Assembly (NCBI GenBank): GCA_031366795.1 | Contig: JANLOX010000089.1 | Location: 1 to 14,741 of the forward strand | Length of the DNA: 14,741 nt | Reading direction: 5' to 3' | Source: Candidatus Eiseniibacteriota bacterium | Lineage (GTDB): Bacteria > Eisenbacteria > RBG-16-71-46 | In this document: positions 7,330 through 14,741 of the stretch, piece by piece | Layout: every line of letters starts with the position of its first letter | Numbering within the stretch: position 1 is the first letter of the stretch | Made by a program: the position numbers and the translations under genes | Notes under the pieces: model-generated | Database searches by the model: none | What the model saw: only the letters and a program-made list of their open reading frames with translations | Told to the model about the DNA's origin: nothing

Positions 7330-8934
7330 TTGCGCTTGAAGCATTTAGTGTTCGTCGCGGCGACATGGCTGCTGTGCGCCGTGGCGGCCCGTGGCGCCTC
7401 CGCGCAGTGCATGCTCGCCAACCCCAGCTTCGAGCTGGGCGGTTCCGGCGGCAACGTGTTCGGCGGCTGGAACCAGTTCGGCCCCGTCGGCACCTCGACC
7501 GTCGCGGTGAACGGCTCGCGTTCGGCTCAAGTCAGCGGTCCCAACAATGGCAGCTGGGACGTCGCGGGCTACTGGCAGTCGCTCGATTGCGTGCCCGGCC
7601 AGCGCTGGGCGGCGTCGGTGTGTGTGCAGCACACGAACATCGCCCCGTTGAGCGGAGGATCGCAGGCGATCCTCAACATCGAGTGGCGTGATGCCGGCGG
7701 CAACCTGCTGTCCTACGAATCACACGCCGCCGCCACCGCCGCGACGCCACGCGACGCCTGGACCTACTACTCCGTGCAAAGCGGCTTAGCCCCCGCCAAC
7801 ACGGCCTCGATCCACTTCGTGCTCGGCGTGCTGCAGGGCCCGACGGACCCGCAACCGCAGGTGAAGTTCGACGCCGCGACGTGCGTGAGCCTCGGGCCAC
7901 CCACACTCGAGACGCTGCAATGGGGCGACTTCGGCGGCGGCCGCACCGTCAGCTTCAGCGGCCGCACCTGGCGCGTGAAGGGCCCTGGCTACTACGGGCC
8001 CGGCCCCAACTCGTTCGACAACAGCGCCGCTGCGGCCTCGGTCGATGGCAACGGGCGCTTGCACCTGACCGTCCACAAGAGTGGCAGCGTCTGGTACAGC
8101 AGCGAGGTCGTGCTCAACGACGCGCTCGGCTATGGCGACTACATCGTCACCACGCGCGGCAGGCCCGACATCCTCGACATCAACACCGTGCTCGGCATCT
8201 TCCTGTGGGAATACGGCTCCTGCTACAGCAGCAACTACCTGTGGTGGAACCCGTACAACGAGATCGACATCGAGTACAGCCGCTGGGGCAACCCGAACAG
8301 CGCCATCGGGCAGTTCGTGGCGCAGCCCTACGACTACCCGGGCAACATCCAACGCTTCGGCGCCACGTTCGCCGCCGATGAGGTCACGAGCCACGCCATG
8401 CGCTGGCTGCCGGGGCGCGTCGAGTACCGCAGCTGGCGCGGCGACGCGAACGCCGAATCGCCCGCGAACATGATCGCCTCGTGGACCTACCTGGGGCCGC
8501 ACATCCCGCGGCCCGAGTCGCCGCGCCTGCACTTGAACATGTGGCAACTCGCCGCACCCTCGGTGACGCAGGAAACAGTGTTCGACGCGTTCACCTTCCG
8601 CGCCGCGTGTCCGTCCGGGAATTGCGGCATCCTCAGCGTGGATCCGCCTGCCGCAGCCCCTGCCCTGTTGGCCGCGGCATCGCCCAATCCGTTTGGCGCG
8701 GAGACCTCAATCCGCTTCGCGATGCCGGCCGCCGGCGATGCCGAGCTCACCGTGTTCGACATGGCCGGGCGTCGCGTGCGCCAACTCGTGAGTGGTAACC
8801 TCGCCGCGGGCGAGCACACCGCGCGCTGGAACGGGCGCAGCGATGCCGGAGCGCGCGTGCCGCCGGGCGTGTACTTTTACCGTTTGCAGGCGGCGGGACT
8901 CTCGGACACCCGGCGCGTTATCATCCTCGACTGA
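7330..8934 (+). CDS. Secreted modular GH16-family glycoside hydrolase: CBM-like domain + GH16 + FlgD-Ig/T9SS-like sorting domain; probable endo-beta-glucanase
   Basis: TTG start with GGAG RBS. Signal peptide ending ASA|Q. LANPSFE...FD CBM4/CBM16-like module. GH16 features GRLHL, GYGDY, NEIDIE (8260-8274), WLPGRVEY, LHLNMW. Tail reads PNPF...VFDMAGRRVR...WNGRSDAG...GVYFYRL. Confidence 0.85.
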   Translation: MRLKHLVFVAATWLLCAVAARGASAQCMLANPSFELGGSGGNVFGGWNQFGPVGTSTVAVNGSRSAQVSGPNNGSWDVAGYWQSLDCVPGQRWAASVCVQHTNIAPLSGGSQAILNIEWRDAGGNLLSYESHAAATAATPRDAWTYYSVQSGLAPANTASIHFVLGVLQGPTDPQPQVKFDAATCVSLGPPTLETLQWGDFGGGRTVSFSGRTWRVKGPGYYGPGPNSFDNSAAAASVDGNGRLHLTVHKSGSVWYSSEVVLNDALGYGDYIVTTRGRPDILDINTVLGIFLWEYGSCYSSNYLWWNPYNEIDIEYSRWGNPNSAIGQFVAQPYDYPGNIQRFGATFAADEVTSHAMRWLPGRVEYRSWRGDANAESPANMIASWTYLGPHIPRPESPRLHLNMWQLAAPSVTQETVFDAFTFRAACPSGNCGILSVDPPAAAPALLAAASPNPFGAETSIRFAMPAAGDAELTVFDMAGRRVRQLVSGNLAAGEHTARWNGRSDAGARVPPGVYFYRLQAAGLSDTRRVIILD

Positions 8935-8944
8935 GTCCAAGCCC

Positions 8945-11900
8945 ATGGGTGAGTTCGTGACGCGGGACGGCGAGCCGTGGTACCGCATCAGCGGCCTGAG
9001 CGATCTCCCGCCGTTCCTGGTGAACCTGCCGACCGACACCGACCTGTGGATGTTCATTTCATCGACCGGCGGGCTGACGGCCGGCCGCCGTGATCCCGAC
9101 GGCGCCTTCTTCCCCTACGAGACCGTCGACAAGCTCCACGACGCGCTCCCCCACACCGGACCCGTCACGCTGGTGCGCTGGGGACGCGGGGGCGCCGCGC
9201 CACGCCTGTGGGAACCGCTGGCCCTGAGTGATGTGCTCGCGACGGGCATCGAACGTTCGTTGTCCAAGAACCTGCTCGGGAACCGGCTCGTATTCGAGGA
9301 GATCCATCTCGAAGCGCAACTCGCCTTCCGTTATCGCTGGGCCGGAAGCGACGAGACCGGTTGGGTGCGTACGGCGACGCTGACCAACACGGGGGCAGCG
9401 CCCGTCACACTCGACCTGCTCGACGGCCTGCGCAATGTCCTGCCCAGCGGTGCGCCGCTGCGGCTCTACCAGCGCTCGAGCAGCTTGGTCGACGCCTACA
9501 AGCGCGTCGATGTCGATGCCGCGACAGGACTCGGCATCTTCTCGCTCACCGCCGAGATCATCGACCGCCCCGAGCCCGCCGAAATGCTGCGCGCCACCAC
9601 CGCGTGGTGCCATGGCCTGCCCGGCGCCCGGGTCGCGCTGTCGGGCGCGGCGCTGCGAACATTCCGCCGCGGTCAGGCAGTGCGCGCAGAATCACTGCTG
9701 ACCGGGCGCCGTGGCAACTACTTCGTGACCTCCACGCTGACGATCGAGCCGGGCCAGCACATAGCATGGCACATCGGCGTGGACAGCAATCGCAGCCACA
9801 TCGACATAGCCAGCCTGCGCGCGCGGCTGCGGGATGCGGGCGGCGTGGGCGCGTGGGTCGAAGGTGCCCTCGGCGCATCGAGCGAGGCGCTGCGCCGTAT
9901 CGTGGCCAGCGCCGATGGGCTGCAGCTTACCGGGCACACCGTCGGCGCGGCGCACCACTTCGCCAATGTGCTCTACAACAACTTGCGCGGCGGCGTGTTC
10001 GTCGAAAACTACGCCTGCCCCAAGGCCGACCTGCTCGCGTTCATCGAGGCGCGCAATCATGCGGTCGCCGCGCGCTGCGCCGGACTGCTCACCGCACTCC
10101 CCGCCGCGGTGACCGTGCAGGCGTTGATCGAGACGGCACGTGCAAACGGCGATGCCGACTTGCGGCGTCTGTGCTTCGAATACCTGCCGCTCTACTTCGG
10201 CCGCCGCCATGGCGACCCGAGCCGCCCGTGGAACACGTTCTCGATCCATGTCCGCAATGCCGACGGCAGTCGCGCGCTACGCTACGAAGGCAATTGGCGC
10301 GACGTGTTCCAGAACTGGGAAGCGCTCAGCATGAGCTTCCCGGGCTTCCTTCCAGGCATCATCGCCAAGTTCGTCAACGCCTCGACGATCGACGGCTTCA
10401 ACCCCTACCGCATCACGCGCGACGGCGTCGACTGGGAAGTACTCGACCCGCGCGATCCGTGGGGCGGCATCGGTTACTGGGGCGACCATCAGCTCATCTA
10501 CCTGCTCAAGTTCCTGGAGTCGATGCGGCACCACGCGCCCGGTGGCCTCGAGAACCTGCTCACGCAGGACATATTCAGCTACGCCGATGTGCCCTACCGC
10601 CTCAAGCCCTACACGCAGATTCTCGAGGACCCGCGCGCGACGATCGAATTCGATGAGGCACGCCACACGCAGATCCAGGAGCGTGTCCGCACGAATGGCT
10701 TTGACGGCAAGCTCGTGCGCGCGGCCCAGGGTGGCGTGTATCACGCGAACCTGCTCGAGAAGCTGATCGTCCCCGCGCTGTCCAAGTTGTCGAACTTCGT
10801 GCCCGGCGGTGGCATCTGGATGAACACCGAGCGCCCCGAGTGGAACGACGCGAACAACGCGCTGGTCGGCAATGGGCTCTCGGTTGTGACGCTGTGCTAT
10901 TTGCGGCGCTACCTGGCATTCGTGGAAGAGTTGTTCGCGGGACAGCCGCACGGTGATGCGCAGGTGTCCATCGAGGTCGTCGAGTGGCTGCGCGCGATGA
11001 GCTCCGTCCTGCAACGCCACCACGCGCTGCTCGCGGCCCCGCAGATCGAGGACCGCGCCCGCAAGCAGGTTATGGACGAATTGGGCGAGGCGTTCACCGC
11101 CTATCGCGATCGCGTGTACGCGAGCGGGTTCTCGGGCAAGGTCGCGCTTGGGCTCGACGAGGTGCTGGCGTGGTGCCGCGAGGCTTGCGCGCATGTCGAT
11201 CACTCGATCCTCGTGAATCGCCGCGACGATGACCTGTACCACTCCTACAACGTGCTCGCGCTGGGCGCCGATGGATCGAGCGCAGCGGTGCGCGCGCTCG
11301 ATGTGATGCTTGAGGGTCAGGTCGCGGTCCTCAGCTCGGGGCTCGTGGGCGCCCCGGAGGCCACGGAATTGTTGGCGCAGTTGTTCGCGAGCCCGCTGTA
11401 CTCGCCTGAACAAAAGAGCTTCCTGCTCTACCCCGACAAACCGCTGCCGTCGTTCCTCGAGCGCAACCGGATCCCCGCGGACCTCGCGGCTCGTGTGCCG
11501 CTGGTCGTCGCACTGCTCGCGGCGAGCGACACCTCGGTCCTCGACCGCGACGCCGACGGCGTGCTGCGCTTCCACGCGGATTTCAGCAACGCGCGTGATG
11601 TGGCGGACGCGCTCGACCGGCTCGAGCGCAGCGCGACGTGGTCACGAGCCGTGGCGCGCGACCGGCGATCCGTTGTCGAACTGTTCGAGGCCGTGTTCTC
11701 GCACGACACCTTCACCGGGCGCTCGGGCACCATGTACGCCTACGAGGGCCTCGGCTCGATCTACTGGCACATGGTGGCGAAGCTATTGCTCGCTGTGCAG
11801 GAGGTGTTCTTCGCGGCACGGGCCACCGGCGAGGATGATGCGGTGTGCGCGGCGCTCGCGGAGTACTACTTCAAGATTCGCGGTGGTCTGGGATTCGAGA

Positions 11901-12373
11901 AGTCCGTTGGCGAATACGGGGCCTTCCCCGCCGATCCCTACTCACACACGCCCGCGCATGCCGGCGCCCAGCAACCGGGCATGACGGGGCAGGTGAAGGA
12001 GGAGATTCTCACGCGCTTCGGCGAGTTGGGCGTGCGCGTGAACAAGGGCATCGTCGAGTTCGCGCCCGTACTGCTGCAGCGGGACGAGTTCCTCACCAAG
12101 CCGGGCCGCTACGAGTATTACGCGCTCGACGGGCAGCCCAAGTCGTTCGCTGTGCCCGCGGGCGAGCTGGCGTTCTCGTATGGTCAGGTGCCCGTCGTGT
12201 ATTTGCTCGAAGCGAACGATGCGTGGATCCGCGTCACGCTGCGCGACGGCTCATCGAGTGAGGTCGCGGGATGGAGCTTAAGCCCCGGCGAAAGCCGCGA
12301 CGTACTGGCGCGCGAGGGCAGAGTCACGCGGATTGAAGTCGGGGTTCCTGAGCGACAACTGTTCAAAGGCTAG
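8945..12373 (+). CDS. GH149 beta-1,3-glucan phosphorylase (~1142 aa)
   Basis: Recognised GH149 motifs: WMFISSTGGLTAGR, RRHGDPSRPWN, YEGNWRDVFQNWEAL, DGFNPYR, IGYWGDHQ, GIWMNTERPEWNDANNALVGNG, MLEGQVA, FTGRSGT-x3-YEGLGSIYWHMV, FPADPYSHTP, QQPGMTGQVKE. Start moved to ATG 8945 because the ORF-track start at 8792 lies inside the GH16 gene. No signal peptide. Confidence 0.9.
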   Translation: MGEFVTRDGEPWYRISGLSDLPPFLVNLPTDTDLWMFISSTGGLTAGRRDPDGAFFPYETVDKLHDALPHTGPVTLVRWGRGGAAPRLWEPLALSDVLATGIERSLSKNLLGNRLVFEEIHLEAQLAFRYRWAGSDETGWVRTATLTNTGAAPVTLDLLDGLRNVLPSGAPLRLYQRSSSLVDAYKRVDVDAATGLGIFSLTAEIIDRPEPAEMLRATTAWCHGLPGARVALSGAALRTFRRGQAVRAESLLTGRRGNYFVTSTLTIEPGQHIAWHIGVDSNRSHIDIASLRARLRDAGGVGAWVEGALGASSEALRRIVASADGLQLTGHTVGAAHHFANVLYNNLRGGVFVENYACPKADLLAFIEARNHAVAARCAGLLTALPAAVTVQALIETARANGDADLRRLCFEYLPLYFGRRHGDPSRPWNTFSIHVRNADGSRALRYEGNWRDVFQNWEALSMSFPGFLPGIIAKFVNASTIDGFNPYRITRDGVDWEVLDPRDPWGGIGYWGDHQLIYLLKFLESMRHHAPGGLENLLTQDIFSYADVPYRLKPYTQILEDPRATIEFDEARHTQIQERVRTNGFDGKLVRAAQGGVYHANLLEKLIVPALSKLSNFVPGGGIWMNTERPEWNDANNALVGNGLSVVTLCYLRRYLAFVEELFAGQPHGDAQVSIEVVEWLRAMSSVLQRHHALLAAPQIEDRARKQVMDELGEAFTAYRDRVYASGFSGKVALGLDEVLAWCREACAHVDHSILVNRRDDDLYHSYNVLALGADGSSAAVRALDVMLEGQVAVLSSGLVGAPEATELLAQLFASPLYSPEQKSFLLYPDKPLPSFLERNRIPADLAARVPLVVALLAASDTSVLDRDADGVLRFHADFSNARDVADALDRLERSATWSRAVARDRRSVVELFEAVFSHDTFTGRSGTMYAYEGLGSIYWHMVAKLLLAVQEVFFAARATGEDDAVCAALAEYYFKIRGGLGFEKSVGEYGAFPADPYSHTPAHAGAQQPGMTGQVKEEILTRFGELGVRVNKGIVEFAPVLLQRDEFLTKPGRYEYYALDGQPKSFAVPAGELAFSYGQVPVVYLLEANDAWIRVTLRDGSSSEVAGWSLSPGESRDVLAREGRVTRIEVGVPERQLFKG

Positions 12374-12379
12374 CCTGGG

Positions 12380-13432
12380 TCAGTTCGCCATCGCCGCCTT
12401 TGGCGTGCGGTCCGCATGATACAGCCCCCAGTGCTTCTCGACCTCGTCCGCCCGGTCCCCACCCTTCCAGTTCTCGTCGAACGCCTCGAAAATGAAGGAC
12501 GGCACGCGGTCCTTCTGCACCCACGCGTGATACGCCGCGAAGAACGTCGCCTGCTCCGCCTCGCCCACGCGCCCCTTCATGAGCTTGCCCTGGTCGCCCA
12601 CGTCGTTGTACTGCGTTGCCCAGCCCGTCTCGCCCACGACGACCCGTTGGCCCGGGTGTCGCGACTTAATGTCTTCAAGCGTCGACCGCGTCCAATTGAC
12701 CGCCTCCTCGAGTTGCTTCCCGTTCCACAGCGGGTGCGCGTGCAGCACGATGAAATCGCACTCGCGCGCCACCGCGTCGCTCTCGGGTTTGTTCCAGAAG
12801 TTGAAGTCGTCCGCCGTCGTCACCGGCACCTTGGTCTTCGCGCGCACTTCGCGCAGGTAGCGGATCAGCACGGCCGGCGGCGTGCGATGGTCGGTCCATG
12901 AGACCTGCGTCTCGTTTCCGACGCAGACTGACGACACGATCCCCGGGTAGGTCTTCGCGAGCCGGATCGCGGCATCCACCTCGCGGCGATTGCTGGCGAG
13001 CCGGTCGGGGAAGCGCTTCACGACCCCCGTGCTGTCCGGCAGCGTCTCTTCCACCGCGATCCATGCACCCAGCATCACCGTGAGCCCCAGGTGCTCATCC
13101 TTGATCGTCTTCAATATTGAGTCGCCGAGGTCGGCCGCGCCGTACACGCGGATGGCCTGCCAGTGACTCGCGATGATCCTCAAGTCCTCGGCCATCTGCG
13201 CACGGCTCGGCGAACGGCCGAAGGGCCGCTGGCCATCGCGATGCATGCCGTAAGCGACCCCCTCGCCGCGCCACATACCGTCGCGAACCAGCACGAGCGG
13301 GCGTGCGCGGAAGGCGGCCTGCTTCGCTGCAAGTTCAGTGTGAGGCCCAGGCGCGACCGACGAGCGGGAGGCGGCAGTGCAGCCGGTGGCGATCGCGGCG
13401 AGCAGCGTGACAAGGGCCAGCTTGCGGAACAT
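12380..13432 (-). CDS. GH17-family beta-1,3-glucanase/transglycosylase lipoprotein (~350 aa)
   Basis: Start revised to ATG 13432 (GGAGG RBS). Lipoprotein signal MFRKLALVTLLAAIATG|C. GH17 motifs IRVYG, LGAWI, VGNE (acid/base), PVTTAD, GETGWAT (nucleophile), FEAFDENWK, EKHWGL. Confidence 0.92.
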   Translation of the reverse strand: MFRKLALVTLLAAIATGCTAASRSSVAPGPHTELAAKQAAFRARPLVLVRDGMWRGEGVAYGMHRDGQRPFGRSPSRAQMAEDLRIIASHWQAIRVYGAADLGDSILKTIKDEHLGLTVMLGAWIAVEETLPDSTGVVKRFPDRLASNRREVDAAIRLAKTYPGIVSSVCVGNETQVSWTDHRTPPAVLIRYLREVRAKTKVPVTTADDFNFWNKPESDAVARECDFIVLHAHPLWNGKQLEEAVNWTRSTLEDIKSRHPGQRVVVGETGWATQYNDVGDQGKLMKGRVGEAEQATFFAAYHAWVQKDRVPSFIFEAFDENWKGGDRADEVEKHWGLYHADRTPKAAMAN

Positions 13433-13492
13433 GTGGATCCTCCCGGAATGCGGCGGAGATGCAAGAATCAGCTTTGGCGCGAGCACACAGAC

Positions 13493-13847
13493 TCAGCCTC
13501 GCCTCGCCGCCTCGATGGTGGCGATGTCGATCTTCTGCATCGGCATCATCGCCTCGAACGCACGTTTCGCCTCAGGCCCACCCGCTGCGAGCGCATCCAT
13601 GAGAACGCGCGGGGTGATCTGCCAAGAGATACCCCAGCGGTCCTTGCACCAACCGCACTCACTTTCCTCGCCGCCATTGTCGACGATCGCGTTCCAGTAG
13701 CGGTCCGTCTCTTCCTGGGTGTCCGTCGCGATCTGGAAGGAACAGGCCTCGGTGTGCTTGAACGCCGGGCCGCCATTGAGACCGAGGCAGGGAATCCCCA
13801 GCACGGTGAACTCGACCGTCAGCTCATCTCGTGTTCTTCGGCATCAT
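13493..13847 (-). pseudogene. VOC/PhnB-like (3-demethylubiquinone-9 3-methyltransferase family) pseudogene with an internal frameshifting deletion
   Basis: RBS GAAGGAG (13863-13857), then ATG ATG CCG AAG AAC ACG AGA TGA (MMPKNTR*), which matches the family N-terminus. In a shifted frame from 13828 it continues DELTVEFTVLGIPCLGLNGGPAFKH...CGWCKDRWGISWQITP...KIDIATIEAARRG. The expected ICLW...AA.FY segment is absent. Confidence 0.85.
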
Positions 13848-13965
13848 GCTCGTGTGCTCCTTCTCTCGGTTAGGACGAACGCTGCGGGGCGTGCGAAAGA
13901 ACCGCCAGACTCGCGGGAGATCTCACGAGAGCTTGACCGGGCCCGCTCGAGAAAGCCAGACGCAC

Positions 13966-14005
13966 TGGTCGAGCCGGGAACCTCACCGTTTTCCCCGGCT
14001 CGCCA
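13966..14005 (-). terminator. GC-rich hairpin downstream of the copper-storage gene
   Basis: On the minus strand CGAGCCGGGGA...TTCCCGGCTCG forms an 11-bp stem with one G-U pair, 30 nt after the stop at 14032. There is no U-tract, so it may only stabilise the transcript. Confidence 0.4.
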
Positions 14006-14031
14006 CGGCGGGCACTCGACATTGCGCGGGA

Positions 14032-14388
14032 CTACTTCATCGCCGGTGCGGCCATCTCCAGGCAGGCCTTTGCGCATTGACGGCACGCCTCCGCGCACCG
14101 GCACATCATCGCATCGTCACCGAACGTCTCGCAGTCCCTGTAGCACGCTTCGCACACCTCCGCACATGCTCCACAGACGCGGGCGAAATGCTCCGACCCG
14201 CGCACCATAAAATCGCCGGCAGTGGCGCAGATTCTGGAGCAGTCGAGCAACAGCATGACATGCTCCGGCGACGCGTGGCGCCCTCCGAGTCCGAGGCAGT
14301 GTGCCACTGAGGACGCGCATGCCTCTTCGCATGCCCGGCAGGAATCGATACAGGCTTTCATCTTAGAATCACTCATCGAATTGTGCAT
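14032..14388 (-). CDS. Four-helix-bundle copper storage protein (DUF326/YhjQ/Csp3-like)
   Basis: 118 aa with 17 Cys in repeated C-x2-C-x3-C spacing (CIDSCRACEEAC; CGACAEVCEACYRDC; CAEACRQCAKAC) plus LDCSRIC. AGGA/GGAG RBS. No Tat signal, so probably cytosolic. Confidence 0.9.
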   Translation of the reverse strand: MHNSMSDSKMKACIDSCRACEEACASSVAHCLGLGGRHASPEHVMLLLDCSRICATAGDFMVRGSEHFARVCGACAEVCEACYRDCETFGDDAMMCRCAEACRQCAKACLEMAAPAMK

Positions 14389-14442
14389 GGTCCTGATCTC
14401 CTGGGTGCAGCAAGATTGAACAACGGCGCGCCCAGCCGGGCG

Positions 14443-14568
14443 CTAATTGCACTTCCGGTACCACCGGCATAGCCAGCCCTTCATGGTGACGATCTCGTTT
14501 TGCTGTGACTGCCCGATGTGGCGGCACATGTGGCGCAAATCGGCATGCTTGTCCCGGCGCTGGCATTT
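14443..14568 (-). pseudogene. 3' remnant of a DUF305 (CopM-like, ferritin-like) gene
   Basis: CQRRDKHADLRHMCRHIGQSQQNEIVTMKGWLCRWY matches the DUF305 repeat pattern H-x-[ED]-L-x3-[AC]-x2-I-x3-Q-x2-EI-x2-M-x2-WL-x2-WY. The preceding M-x2-HH helix is not seen in any minus frame up to the window end. Confidence 0.55.
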
Positions 14569-14677
14569 GCTCCGGACCTCGGCATTCGAGCGCGCCAGTG
14601 AGCCGGGGTTCGACGCCGGCGGTCGGTCGTTTCTAACATTCGTGAGTGGCGCAAACTTCAAGGATGAGGCGGATAAA

Positions 14678-14701
14678 TCGGGCTTGCCCAAGTGAGCCCG
14701 A
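14678..14701. other. Short hairpin, possible terminator of a gene beyond the window edge
   Basis: TCGGGCT...AGCCCGA 7-bp stem, followed by TTTA on the minus strand. Confidence 0.3.
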
Positions 14702-14741
14702 CCGGTGCGGCCCGCCGCCCAGGACATCCTCGCCCGGATCG

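Noticed and set aside
9361..11575. 431-aa (+, 9361-10656) and 432-aa (-, 10277-11575) ORFs inside GH149
   Set aside because: Alternative-frame Arg/Pro-rich and antisense shadow ORFs with no recognisable domain.
14428..14443. GCGCCC-AGCC-GGGCGC hairpin at the DUF305-remnant stop
   Set aside because: 6-bp stem without an adjacent U-tract, too weak to call a terminator.
13970..14608. GAGCCGGG(G) copies at ~13971, ~13993 (inverted) and ~14600 as ends of a mobile copper cassette
   Set aside because: Only 8-9 GC-rich bases, with no target duplication or transposase. Likely chance apart from the local hairpin.
14443..14727. 94-aa ORF as an intact gene
   Set aside because: The N-terminal half runs through a hairpin and non-coding-looking sequence. 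Only the last ~41 codons resemble a protein family.

Overview
GC-rich bacterial window dominated by a beta-1,3-glucan (laminarin-type) utilisation cluster, about 1-13432. Left to right it holds: the 3' part of an OppD/DppD-type ABC ATPase (+); a convergent minus-strand operon (OppF/DppF-type ATPase, GH1 beta-glucosidase, and a ~1035-aa secreted protein fusing a clan GH-A TIM barrel to a ~575-aa predicted outer-membrane beta-barrel); a divergent control region with a perfect TTGACA and a 25-bp palindromic operator; two secreted proteins ending in FlgD-Ig/T9SS-like sorting tails (an unknown CBM-like protein and a CBM-like+GH16 enzyme); a GH149 beta-1,3-glucan phosphorylase; and a convergent GH17 lipoprotein. 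No SusC/SusD pair or MFS transporter is visible in the window. The most interesting hypothesis is a SusCD-independent uptake route: glycosidase-barrel fusion plus peptide-family ABC importer plus phosphorolysis. The right end (13493-14741) looks like a decayed zone with an internally deleted VOC/PhnB-family pseudogene, an intact Csp3-like copper-storage gene and a DUF305-like 3' remnant. The sorting tails and high GC suggest a non-Bacteroidota FCB-group host such as Eisenbacteria or Krumholzibacteria (inference only). All family calls come from motif recognition by eye; no searches were run.
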